In this document: in pieces, positions 9,594-17,922 of the stretch
How positions within the stretch are numbered: position 1 is the stretch's first letter
Layout: each line of letters starts with the position of its first letter
From: a virus
Direction: 5' to 3' (one strand)
IMG/VR virus record: IMGVR_UViG_3300025030_000071
Location: 22,749-86,748 of that record
DNA: 64,000 nt
Position numbers and translations under genes: made by a program
The notes under the pieces: generated by a model
The model's input: only the letters and a program-made list of their open reading frames with translations
The model's database searches: none
What the model was told of the DNA's origin: nothing

Positions 9594-10142
9594 ATGAAGT
9601 CTTTCAAAACATCTACTTCTCCTCGTGCCAAAGAAATAGATCTTCGTAGTGAATTAAACAAATTCTTCTTTGGAGCTTCAGATGAAGTTGCTAAAGGTTG
9701 TTTCTTTATCCTAAGAAGAATGAGAAGACAAGAAGGCGTTATTTACCCAACAACTAGCAGTGAACTACAAACCTGTATTTGTAAAAGTTCTAATCATTCA
9801 GGCGAAGTTGATAAGGATTATCCCTGCCAAAGCTGTGAAGGTGAAGGCTACCTCTTTGATGACGAAATAGTTGTAGGCTATAAGACTTCAAGATTCGAAT
9901 ACCAAGCAGTTGAGAAATATACTACTTGGGGAAAAAATATAGTTGAACTTTCGTTCTTCTATATTGAACATCATGAAGCAATTTCAAGATATGATAAACT
10001 TATAGAACCACTTACCAACAGTGAAGGAGAAATAATTTCTCCAGTTAAGATACTACATAAGCATAATATCCATATGGCTGAAAGGTTCCGTGATGATTGC
10101 GGTCGCCTTTCATACTTTAGAATTTCATGCTTCACTGATTGA
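9594..10142 (+). CDS. Putative head-closure/neck protein with Zn finger
   Basis: CxC...CxxCxGxG (CICK...CQSCEGEGY); ends 'RDDCGRLSYFR'; position before sheath. Confidence 0.55.
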   Translation: MKSFKTSTSPRAKEIDLRSELNKFFFGASDEVAKGCFFILRRMRRQEGVIYPTTSSELQTCICKSSNHSGEVDKDYPCQSCEGEGYLFDDEIVVGYKTSRFEYQAVEKYTTWGKNIVELSFFYIEHHEAISRYDKLIEPLTNSEGEIISPVKILHKHNIHMAERFRDDCGRLSYFRISCFTD

Positions 10143-10189
10143 ACCAACACATAAACAGGCATAACCCCTATGGTTATTGGTAGGTAGAG

Positions 10190-10876
10190 ATGGCTGATAC
10201 TGAACTAATTGAAATTTGGGTCAATGATTACTTAGAAGAACTTGCAAATCATGCAATTGTAGAAGCAGGTAACCCCAAATCAAGATCCCCAAGACCAGCC
10301 ATTGATATAAATCAGTTCTATGAAATTGTTGGACAGGCTATTACGACTCAGCAAAGGCTAGAAGGAGTAGAAAAGAATTTAATCTATTCCTCAGCTACTC
10401 CAGAGAATGATGATAACATCGCTGAAGAAAGAATAGTTTATAGTTTGGTAGAAAGAAAGCCTGGTTTGTTTGAACAAAAATCTACAGGTTCAGTTGGAGA
10501 TGACTCTGGTCGTCGCCAAAGAATGAAGATGTTCAGAGAAGGGATCAGAGACCCCGACAACCCAGGAATGGCCATTTACACATATGGCCAGTGGTTTGAC
10601 AACATAGTAGAATTTAAGATTTTTGCGAGAACCAATGATGTTGCTGATAGCAGGGCTCTTTGGTTCGAAGATATGATGGATTTGTGGCACTGGTATTTTA
10701 GAGCCAGTGGAATAAGTCAGTTTAAATACTTAGGTAGGCTATCTGACGAATTCTTGTCTCCAGACAATCGTAAAGTAGTTTGTAGACCTTTAAGATATTA
10801 CGTGCGTACCGAAAAGGTAACAGTAGTTAGAGAAAATATGTTACGGAGCCTTGTCGTACAAAGCTCGGTGCAGTAA
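10190..10876 (+). CDS. Putative tail terminator/completion protein
   Basis: 'GQWFDNIVEFKIFARTN..AD...WFED...RPLRYYVRTEK'; directly upstream of sheath. Confidence 0.55.
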   Translation: MADTELIEIWVNDYLEELANHAIVEAGNPKSRSPRPAIDINQFYEIVGQAITTQQRLEGVEKNLIYSSATPENDDNIAEERIVYSLVERKPGLFEQKSTGSVGDDSGRRQRMKMFREGIRDPDNPGMAIYTYGQWFDNIVEFKIFARTNDVADSRALWFEDMMDLWHWYFRASGISQFKYLGRLSDEFLSPDNRKVVCRPLRYYVRTEKVTVVRENMLRSLVVQSSVQ

Positions 10877-10888
10877 GGAGCACAACTA

Positions 10889-13726
10889 ATGGCAGATAAG
10901 TACCCAAACGTACCAGGAATAGTTGTCGAGCAAGTCGAAAGTCGACTTGCTAGAGAACAAGCTGCCCTTGGACCTACCCCTGTAGTACTAGGCACTGCCG
11001 GTAAGGGGCCTGCTGGAGAAGAGATTCGCGTCTTCTCAGGGCCAGCCGCAGTTAGTAAGTACGGCGTAAGTGGTTCACTAGGTCGAGGACTTGCAGAAGC
11101 ATTCCAAGGTGGAGCCGATAACGCTTTCGGTTTCCGTATTCTTGCAACCAAAGGCCACCTCTCCCACGTCGGAGATGTCCTAGGCGCTGATGGCATGACC
11201 ATCGAACCAGTAGTCGCTGGTTCAGACGCCCTAGAAAAATATGAAATTCTATACGGCCAGGACAACGATGAGCTCAAGGTTTACGAAGTTTCCACTGGTG
11301 ATCTTGTTTATCACAAGACTGGTGCTACAGTAAGTGTAGATCAGGGCCACTTAAATGTAAGCGGCTCAATGGCTTCAGGCAACGATGCCGATTTTAAAGC
11401 CGGTTCCATTGGCCTCCAGGTTGCTGTCGCTACTGACGAAACCCTACAGACCTTCAATGAAGTTGCAGATGCAACTCCAGCAGTTATAACCATTGTTGCG
11501 GCTGCGGGTCTCAACCTAAACATCCTTCAGTTTAGTTCAACTACTAATCCATATGTAGCCCAACTTCTTGATAGCGCAGATGCAGTTGTCCAGGAAGTAG
11601 AAATCGCCAGCGTTAGTGCCGCTGGCCCAACCGTGACCTTAACCGCAGCAAGTGCCGATCTTAATGCAGCTTTCACTGCCAACGGTAGTACTGGCCATAA
11701 AATTCGTTTTGTTTCTACTCTAAACCCAATTCGTATGGACAGAGTAGTAACTAACCGAGTTGGTGTTGGCGGCAGCACAGAGCTCCGAATGCTTCCAGGC
11801 TCAGACTTCAATGGTCTAGCTAAGCTAGTCAACGACGAAGGTGCCGAATTCGATTCTGCGGAGGCGGAAGTTGAACCAGCCAAGATGAACCTTTATGAGG
11901 CCCTTTGTGACGCAGGTCTAGCCCTAGAAGCTACAGACTTTGATCATCTAGTCCTCATGGATGCTTATGCTGACGATCCTGCTCTTGATGGCCAGGACCT
12001 TCCTGGTGGCGAAACCATTCTGCCAGGTGCCCTGTTTGGACAGACAAGTACCGCGACAATTGCAAAGAAAAAGGACCAGTTAAACCTTCTATTTACTAAT
12101 AACTCCGACCAGGCAGCGGCCAGAGTTAAATTGGATCTTGCTGGTCGCGGCGGTTGCTGGTTAACAGTAACCGAACCCAAGAATGATGACTTTGGTGCAG
12201 AAATCACAGCAGATGAATTAGTTCGTTCTGCTCGTATCTTGAACTGGGAAGAAGCAGGAGAAGTTTCAACAGTTGAATGTGTGGCAGACGTGGCCGGTTC
12301 ATTAAATAATAAATACTGGACTTTTGATGATGGCGATGGTTTATACTATGTCTGGTATAACATTAACGCAGAGGGCATAGACCCTGTAGGTGCTGGAACT
12401 GGAATCGAAGTTGCTGGAGCCACTGGCGCGACTGCTGTCACTTTAGCGGCAGCGACTGCCGACGCCATCACCGCAAGTGCTGCACTTGTTACTGCTTCAG
12501 ATCTGTTGGCTGTAGTGACGTTAACAAATACGAATACTGGACTTGCAGTTGATGCTGCTGACTCAGCAGCTGCTACAGACTTCACAATCGAAGTTGGGGT
12601 ACAAGGCACGAACCTGCTCATGCATCTTGATCGAGACCTTAGTTTCTCACTGGATGTCAATGACCTCGTCGAAGCTGGGTTGGACCCCACAGTCGTAGTC
12701 CGTGAAACAGACCTTCTCTTCTTCCATCGTGAAAAGGAAGTGTCTGGCGAACTACTTCACATGTGGTACACTGCCAAAATCGACCCAGATGGATACAGCT
12801 ACAATGAAGTTAACTTTGCTTGGAAACTAGCTAAGACCTGCAAAGATATTAGCGAAAATGAAAAGTCAGTTATTGGTAGCATTGGGGTTCGTCCTCCATC
12901 AAACCACTTCAACCCTGCTTCTTTGTCAACTTGGATCGGTAAGTCACCTTCTTATGATTCAGATGGCGAAGTATCTGTTAACGGCTCTGGCCTCTTAGGC
13001 TGGAAGTTTGTTTCCGGCCGGGCGCTTGACGATGTGGTCGCCGATCAATTCTCAGCTGGTTTCTTACTAACTGACAATGAAGAACTTGATGGCACAGAGT
13101 CCGTACTAGATTCTAATGGTTACGAAGTTGATCTTGGTAAGTTCATTAGCATCGTAGCAGCCTGGCCAATCATGAGCAATGTTTGGGATTCAGCTGGTGC
13201 TGGATACATCGCTTCAGGTGCTGCCCTCTATGCAGGTCTGCTCTGCGGTCTTGCTCCTTGGTCCGGTTCGACAGCAAAGCGCATCGGTGGTTCTAACATT
13301 AGACTACCAAGAAGCTTAGCTAAGCGCCACCAGGACTCATTAACCGGTGCTCGATTCGTAGTGATGAGTGAGAAAGATGGCGTGGTTACTGTAGTCGATG
13401 GTCCTTCCGCTGCTCTACCAGTTTCTGATTACACTCGCAACATGACGATGCGACTTGTAGCAGAAGCAGTTGACCGTTCAAGAACAGTCGCTCGGCCCTT
13501 CCTAGGCGATCCACTGGATGCGCTAAAGAAGATTGGTCTAGAGACTCAGATTAAGAGAGCATTGTCGGAACTCCAGTCTCAGTCAGGTGGGGCACTTGAG
13601 TCCTTCTCAATGGGGCTTACCCAGACAAATCTTGATAAGGCCCGTGGTACTGCAAAACTTAGCTTAGCTCTCAAAGTGATCAATGAGCTACGTAAGATTT
13701 CAGTCTCTGTAGCCCTCACCCTCTAA
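10889..13726 (+). CDS. Contractile tail sheath protein
   Basis: N-term 'YPNVPGIVVE...VVLGTAGKGP'; C-term 'TMRLV......R....PFLG...L...NELRKISVSV'; AAGGAG SD; precedes tube gene. Confidence 0.85.
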   Translation: MADKYPNVPGIVVEQVESRLAREQAALGPTPVVLGTAGKGPAGEEIRVFSGPAAVSKYGVSGSLGRGLAEAFQGGADNAFGFRILATKGHLSHVGDVLGADGMTIEPVVAGSDALEKYEILYGQDNDELKVYEVSTGDLVYHKTGATVSVDQGHLNVSGSMASGNDADFKAGSIGLQVAVATDETLQTFNEVADATPAVITIVAAAGLNLNILQFSSTTNPYVAQLLDSADAVVQEVEIASVSAAGPTVTLTAASADLNAAFTANGSTGHKIRFVSTLNPIRMDRVVTNRVGVGGSTELRMLPGSDFNGLAKLVNDEGAEFDSAEAEVEPAKMNLYEALCDAGLALEATDFDHLVLMDAYADDPALDGQDLPGGETILPGALFGQTSTATIAKKKDQLNLLFTNNSDQAAARVKLDLAGRGGCWLTVTEPKNDDFGAEITADELVRSARILNWEEAGEVSTVECVADVAGSLNNKYWTFDDGDGLYYVWYNINAEGIDPVGAGTGIEVAGATGATAVTLAAATADAITASAALVTASDLLAVVTLTNTNTGLAVDAADSAAATDFTIEVGVQGTNLLMHLDRDLSFSLDVNDLVEAGLDPTVVVRETDLLFFHREKEVSGELLHMWYTAKIDPDGYSYNEVNFAWKLAKTCKDISENEKSVIGSIGVRPPSNHFNPASLSTWIGKSPSYDSDGEVSVNGSGLLGWKFVSGRALDDVVADQFSAGFLLTDNEELDGTESVLDSNGYEVDLGKFISIVAAWPIMSNVWDSAGAGYIASGAALYAGLLCGLAPWSGSTAKRIGGSNIRLPRSLAKRHQDSLTGARFVVMSEKDGVVTVVDGPSAALPVSDYTRNMTMRLVAEAVDRSRTVARPFLGDPLDALKKIGLETQIKRALSELQSQSGGALESFSMGLTQTNLDKARGTAKLSLALKVINELRKISVSVALTL

Positions 13727-13736
13727 GGAGTAGACA

Positions 13737-14375
13737 ATGGCAAATCTTAGTAGCGAATTCACACGATCATACAACAGCTTTTCTGGCTGTGACATTCGCG
13801 CAGTCTTCGGCAACCGTGTTATTGCTACGCTCCAGGGCATTTCTTGGAGCGCAACCAGAGAAAAAGGCCCCATTTATACAATGGGCAGCCCCGACCCTCG
13901 CGCATTTGCTAGAGGCAAGCGTGGCATCGCTGGTTCGCTGGTCTTTATCCAGTTCGACCGACATGCAATTCTAGAAGAGCTTCAGGGCATGCGTTTCTGG
14001 GCCGACAAGGACAGCCTCAAGCCAGACGGCATTGAGATTTCTGCACTTGATCAAGGCTCAGGCAACTCCCCAAGTGCAAACGTCTTTGAACAGGAGACAT
14101 CGTTTGGCAACGTTACGGATCCTCGTGACGATCAGATAGCTGCTCTCCCCTGGTTCGCAGACCAGATCCCTCCATTCGATATTACTCTAGTTGCAGCCAA
14201 CGAGTATGGTTCAGCCGCAGTAATGAGAATCTACGGTGTTGAAATTCTGAATGAAGGTTCAGGCTCTTCAATCGACGACCTTGTAATGGAACATCAGATG
14301 ACCTATGTGGCACGGACCATCGCTCCTTGGAAGAGTATGGGCTTCCGTGATCCAGGCAATGGTGGGTTCCTATAA
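13737..14375 (+). CDS. Major tail tube protein
   Basis: Follows sheath; 'SFSGCDI...LQGISWSATREKGPIYTMG..PRAF.RGKRGIAGSLVF...DQIPPFDI...ANEYG...IYGVEILNEG'. Confidence 0.75.
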   Translation: MANLSSEFTRSYNSFSGCDIRAVFGNRVIATLQGISWSATREKGPIYTMGSPDPRAFARGKRGIAGSLVFIQFDRHAILEELQGMRFWADKDSLKPDGIEISALDQGSGNSPSANVFEQETSFGNVTDPRDDQIAALPWFADQIPPFDITLVAANEYGSAAVMRIYGVEILNEGSGSSIDDLVMEHQMTYVARTIAPWKSMGFRDPGNGGFL

Positions 14376-14411
14376 ACCGGAACTAACTAAATAATTAATC
14401 CTGTAATTGTA

Positions 14412-14452
14412 ATAAGGCCAGTATCGACAAGGTACTGGCCTTATGTCGTTTA
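14412..14452 (+). terminator. 14-bp hairpin after sheath-tube pair (terminator/attenuator)
   Basis: ATAAGGCCAGTATC-gacaa-GGTACTGGCCTTAT with weak T tail. Confidence 0.7.
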
Positions 14453-14464
14453 AAAGGATGCCCA

Positions 14465-15229
14465 ATGCCAAACCCATTCACTCAACTAGCTGAAAGTTAT
14501 AAATTCGGCATCAAGGACCGCTCACGTGGTCCAAGAAAAGCTGATGCCCCTTATGACGCCCCAGATTATGCTGGAGCTTTTAGTTCTTTCTCTGGTGCTG
14601 ATATCAGGATTCTTTTAGCTATGCCTGCCGCCAGTGGTAACGAACCTATATTTGTCGAACTTGCCACAGTCCAGACATTGACTTATAGCATATTTAGAGA
14701 GAAAGTTGCTGTACGTTCGGTAGGAACAGTAGGGGAGCGCGGAAGAACTAGGGGCACTAGGACTTGCGCAGGTAGCATGGTCAATACAGTTTTCGACAGA
14801 CATGTACTTTACAATGTGATGAGAAGATACCCAGGTGATCCCGCCAAAAACGCAATAAGCCCAGATAGTGGCTACATTGACTTAGAACATACCCTCCCCG
14901 ACCAACTGCCCCCATTTGATATTGTAGTAAGCTTTGCTAACGAACATGGCCATGCTTCTGAGATGGTTATCTTCGGAATAGATATAGTTTCAGAAGGTCA
15001 GGTAATGTCAATTGAAGATATGATTACAGAAAATACAATGCAATATACTGCACAACATGTAGCTATTATGCGTCCTGGCGGTTACCGAAAAGCAGTATCA
15101 GCAGTCACTGACCAATATGGTAATGAAATCCCCAGCATACAGCCAACTACATTTAAGAGTATTATTGGTGGCGCTCAGTCAGAACAATTGAAAGACTTAA
15201 TCAATAAGTCTTTCAATCCCTTTAGGTAA
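14465..15229 (+). CDS. Tail tube paralog 2
   Basis: Shares 'SFSGADI', 'RGTRT.AGS.V...FDRH', 'DQLPPFDI...ANE.G...IFGIDI..EG...SIED' with ORF 13737. Confidence 0.75.
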   Translation: MPNPFTQLAESYKFGIKDRSRGPRKADAPYDAPDYAGAFSSFSGADIRILLAMPAASGNEPIFVELATVQTLTYSIFREKVAVRSVGTVGERGRTRGTRTCAGSMVNTVFDRHVLYNVMRRYPGDPAKNAISPDSGYIDLEHTLPDQLPPFDIVVSFANEHGHASEMVIFGIDIVSEGQVMSIEDMITENTMQYTAQHVAIMRPGGYRKAVSAVTDQYGNEIPSIQPTTFKSIIGGAQSEQLKDLINKSFNPFR

Positions 15230-15234
15230 TCAGT

Positions 15235-15894
15235 ATGGCATGGGGAAACGGGTACGTACAGGCGGCAGCTTTGGCAAGCGAACAAAAGAGAACCATCTCT
15301 ACCTACAAGACTTACTACTATTGCGGTGGACAAGCAGAAATCTATCTAAATGATGTTCTTATTGATGAGCTTAATAGCCTAATGTTTAATACCATAACCA
15401 ATAGATCACCTATCTATGGTTATGCTTCTCAACTCTTTGACACAGTAGTTAAAGGTAATCTTATTATTCATGGAACCCTAACTGTTAACTTTATTGAAGC
15501 AGGTTATCTAAACATTATAGCTCAGCATCTATGGGATAGAAGCGCTCCGCCTAATGACTTAGGCATCTCTCTGCGGGACTCCGATTTAGACACAAGCACA
15601 GAGTTCAGAGCAAGACAAACAATCAATCAGATCCATCAATTAGGCAATAAGGAATTCAAAAAATTAGCTACTGATTTGAATAAAAAACAAAATGGTTCGC
15701 ATCAAGTAACAAGATTTGATAAAATACCTCCATTCGACATCTATGCTGTTTTTGGTAACCACCGAGATCCAGATGCTAACCACACAGTAAAACACATTAA
15801 GGGTGTTTACCTAACTGGTGAATCAATGGTGGTAGAAGCAAGTGGCCAACCAATCATGGAACAGTATAGTTTTATTGCCCATGACATCGTTTAA
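15235..15894 (+). CDS. Tail tube paralog 3 (tube initiator-like)
   Basis: 'PIYGYASQLFD.V.KG..IIHG.L.VNF', 'DKIPPFDI', terminal 'EQYSFIA.D'. Confidence 0.65.
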   Translation: MAWGNGYVQAAALASEQKRTISTYKTYYYCGGQAEIYLNDVLIDELNSLMFNTITNRSPIYGYASQLFDTVVKGNLIIHGTLTVNFIEAGYLNIIAQHLWDRSAPPNDLGISLRDSDLDTSTEFRARQTINQIHQLGNKEFKKLATDLNKKQNGSHQVTRFDKIPPFDIYAVFGNHRDPDANHTVKHIKGVYLTGESMVVEASGQPIMEQYSFIAHDIV

Positions 15895-15921
15895 TTAATT
15901 CCTTGGAGAAATAGTTTATAT

Positions 15922-16434
15922 ATGGCACCTCTTAACCCCAACGCAAAAACCTCACCAGGATCCCCAGGATCCGTTTTAAGCCCCGAAGCAGACGTTGCCT
16001 ATGGGTCACCCTCTCTCCCAGAAGACGAAGGCTTAGAATCGATCCTTGATCCCCTTGAGGAGATTTCTAGAACTTTCCCTGGTGCACCATCCCGTGATGT
16101 GCTCAATAGTTGGAAGATTGAATTCGGAGCTCTTTATGCATTCGTCCCTGATGACGAGAAGGTCTTCTTGGTCCGTCCCCTCCGGCGCCTAGAATACCGA
16201 AATATCCTGAGGGACACTCGCGGTCTTGGCCAGTCAGGCGTTACTCCAGCAGAAGATATTGAAGACCTTTTCCAGGAGAAGGTCGTTCAGTGCTGCTTAC
16301 TCCATCCAGTGGTAGATCACAAGATGCTAACCATGTCTGAAGCCGGCCTAATCCCAACCCTCTTTGCCCTTATCATGGAGAACTCTAAGTTCGTAAGCCC
16401 TGAAAGAGCAATGAGCGCCTGTTACAAGCTATAA
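15922..16434 (+). CDS. Tail assembly chaperone 1
   Basis: 'WK.EFG...VRPL.R.EYR...EK.V..CLLHP...AG.I.TL...IM..S.F'; lies between tube and tape-measure genes. Confidence 0.65.
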   Translation: MAPLNPNAKTSPGSPGSVLSPEADVAYGSPSLPEDEGLESILDPLEEISRTFPGAPSRDVLNSWKIEFGALYAFVPDDEKVFLVRPLRRLEYRNILRDTRGLGQSGVTPAEDIEDLFQEKVVQCCLLHPVVDHKMLTMSEAGLIPTLFALIMENSKFVSPERAMSACYKL

Positions 16435-16451
16435 TAGAAGGAAGTATTTTT

Positions 16452-16817
16452 ATGTTTAAAGATAAGATCATTGTCCTAGTAGAACGCAGAGGATTCTCAA
16501 TTGGCAAGATTGCACAGCCAAACCAACTTGGTCATGGCGACGTTATCGAACTTTATGACGCAAAGACTGAAGAGCCAATCCGTCACAAGACTGGAGCTTC
16601 TTACATTTGCACTTCAAATCCCAAGAAGGCCCCTAGTGGCGAATGGCATATTGATTATGTCCCCGTCCTAGAAGCAAATGACGTCTTCAATGAGCTTGGT
16701 GATGGTGGAACCTTCACTGTCGCCCAGGATACAAGAGGCAATTTCCAGCCAGGTGATAAGTTGAGCCAGGGCAATGTCTGGGACCAGGTCCCAATGTACA
16801 ATCGCAAGAATGCCTAA
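16452..16817 (+). CDS. Hypothetical protein
   Basis: 121 aa ORF, AAGGA SD-like. Confidence 0.7.
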   Translation: MFKDKIIVLVERRGFSIGKIAQPNQLGHGDVIELYDAKTEEPIRHKTGASYICTSNPKKAPSGEWHIDYVPVLEANDVFNELGDGGTFTVAQDTRGNFQPGDKLSQGNVWDQVPMYNRKNA

Positions 16818-16884
16818 GCCAGTAATCAATACCAACGGTCAGGTAACTAAGCCTGACCGAACAAAGCCAATCGTAAAGAAATAA
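16810..16884 (+). CDS. Possible 24-aa basic peptide (MPKPVINTNGQVTKPDRTKPIVKK)
   Basis: Fills the gap between ORF 16452 and the SD of ORF 16894; below ORF-track cutoff. Confidence 0.35.
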   Translation: MPKPVINTNGQVTKPDRTKPIVKK

Positions 16885-16893
16885 GGAGTCAAT

Positions 16894-16995
16894 ATGCTTT
16901 CATTTTTATTTGGGGCTACCTGTGGTGTGGTCGGAACAATTTTCTTCCCCTTGTGGAGTAGACCTTTTAAAAAATGGCTTGGCTTGAGTGCGTGA
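16894..16995 (+). CDS. 33-aa single-TM membrane peptide (MLSFLFGATCGVVGTIFFPLWSRPFKKWLGLSA)
   Basis: TAAGGAG SD, hydrophobic helix plus basic tail, TGATG coupling to next ORF. Confidence 0.6.
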   Translation: MLSFLFGATCGVVGTIFFPLWSRPFKKWLGLSA

Positions 16996-17261
16996 TGGAT
17001 CCAGGTCACGGCAATCAGTGTTTTGCAATTCGCTGTACCCACATACCCACCGGCATCACGGCTAGTGGGTGCAGCTGCTCTTTAGGGACTCATAGTCATT
17101 TTTTAACAAAGAAGAAAGTTCTTTGCTATCTTAGATCAAAACTAGCTGTTCATTTAAACCCTTCCATCCTCCCCCCAGAAACAACCAAGGATTATATCTT
17201 ATACGATGGCGAAAACGTACCTAGACTACAAGATAGAATCGACCAGCATATACCGGACTGA
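16995..17261 (+). CDS. Peptide-chain-release-factor-like mini-protein lacking GGQ
   Basis: 'AIRCTHIPTGITA...S...K.K....LRSKL...KDYIL' parallels RF1/RF2 'AVRITHIPTGIV...SQHKNK..A...L.AKL...IRSYVL'. Confidence 0.55.
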   Translation: MDPGHGNQCFAIRCTHIPTGITASGCSCSLGTHSHFLTKKKVLCYLRSKLAVHLNPSILPPETTKDYILYDGENVPRLQDRIDQHIPD

Positions 17262-17922
17262 CTTTGAAGAAGGTCATGTAGTCTGGACCCCCCTTCCTTG
17301 GTCTGAATATCGCAAATACAGAGAAGCAAGAGACTTCATGGGTGCCACCATCGACATCCAATTAGAAGAATCTATCTTTAACAAATGCGTTCTTTACTCT
17401 AGCTTTGACGAAGACCCACCAGAAGAACTCTCAGAAGAAGAGAAATGGCGTTGGACAGAAGACTCCCGCGCTCATCAAGATGCTGGCATCATATCTTCAG
17501 TAGTAAAGAATGTCCTTTCTGTATCTGGCACTTTAAATCCTAATTCCATAATAGAAGTTATTTCTTATAATAGACAAGCTGTTGCTAATATCGAAGACCA
17601 GCTAATTGTTTTTATATGTAATGCATTCCCTGCTTATACTCCAGAAATGGTAGAAGCGATGGAATGGGCTACTATACTTAAAAGAGCAGCTCAGGCAGAA
17701 ATGATATTACAAACTGAAATCCAGATAACTGATCCAGAAGAAGAAAGGGTCAAAGCAGCTAGGGCTCAGAAGATCAATATCGAAAAGGAAATAGCTGAAG
17801 TAGGTGCTGCCATGGGCGGCAGATCAAAACAAGACAAAGCAATGGAGCAGCAAGCTGCTGCCGATCACAGAAAGCAGATGGGCGAGCTGAGAGGACAATA
17901 CCTTAGATCAAGAGGCATGTAA
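17206..17922 (+). CDS. Tail assembly chaperone 2
   Basis: Paralog of ORF 15922 ('WTPL.W.EYR...EESIF.KCVL...AGIISS'), plus 'I..AFP.Y.PE..E.M......R.A.AE'; directly precedes tape-measure region. Confidence 0.65.
   Translation: MAKTYLDYKIESTSIYRTDFEEGHVVWTPLPWSEYRKYREARDFMGATIDIQLEESIFNKCVLYSSFDEDPPEELSEEEKWRWTEDSRAHQDAGIISSVVKNVLSVSGTLNPNSIIEVISYNRQAVANIEDQLIVFICNAFPAYTPEMVEAMEWATILKRAAQAEMILQTEIQITDPEEERVKAARAQKINIEKEIAEVGAAMGGRSKQDKAMEQQAAADHRKQMGELRGQYLRSRGM

Noticed and set aside
16400-17210. Programmed frameshift joining the tail chaperones
   Set aside because: The chaperone genes are about 770 nt apart with intervening ORFs, and no slippery site was seen at the end of the first.
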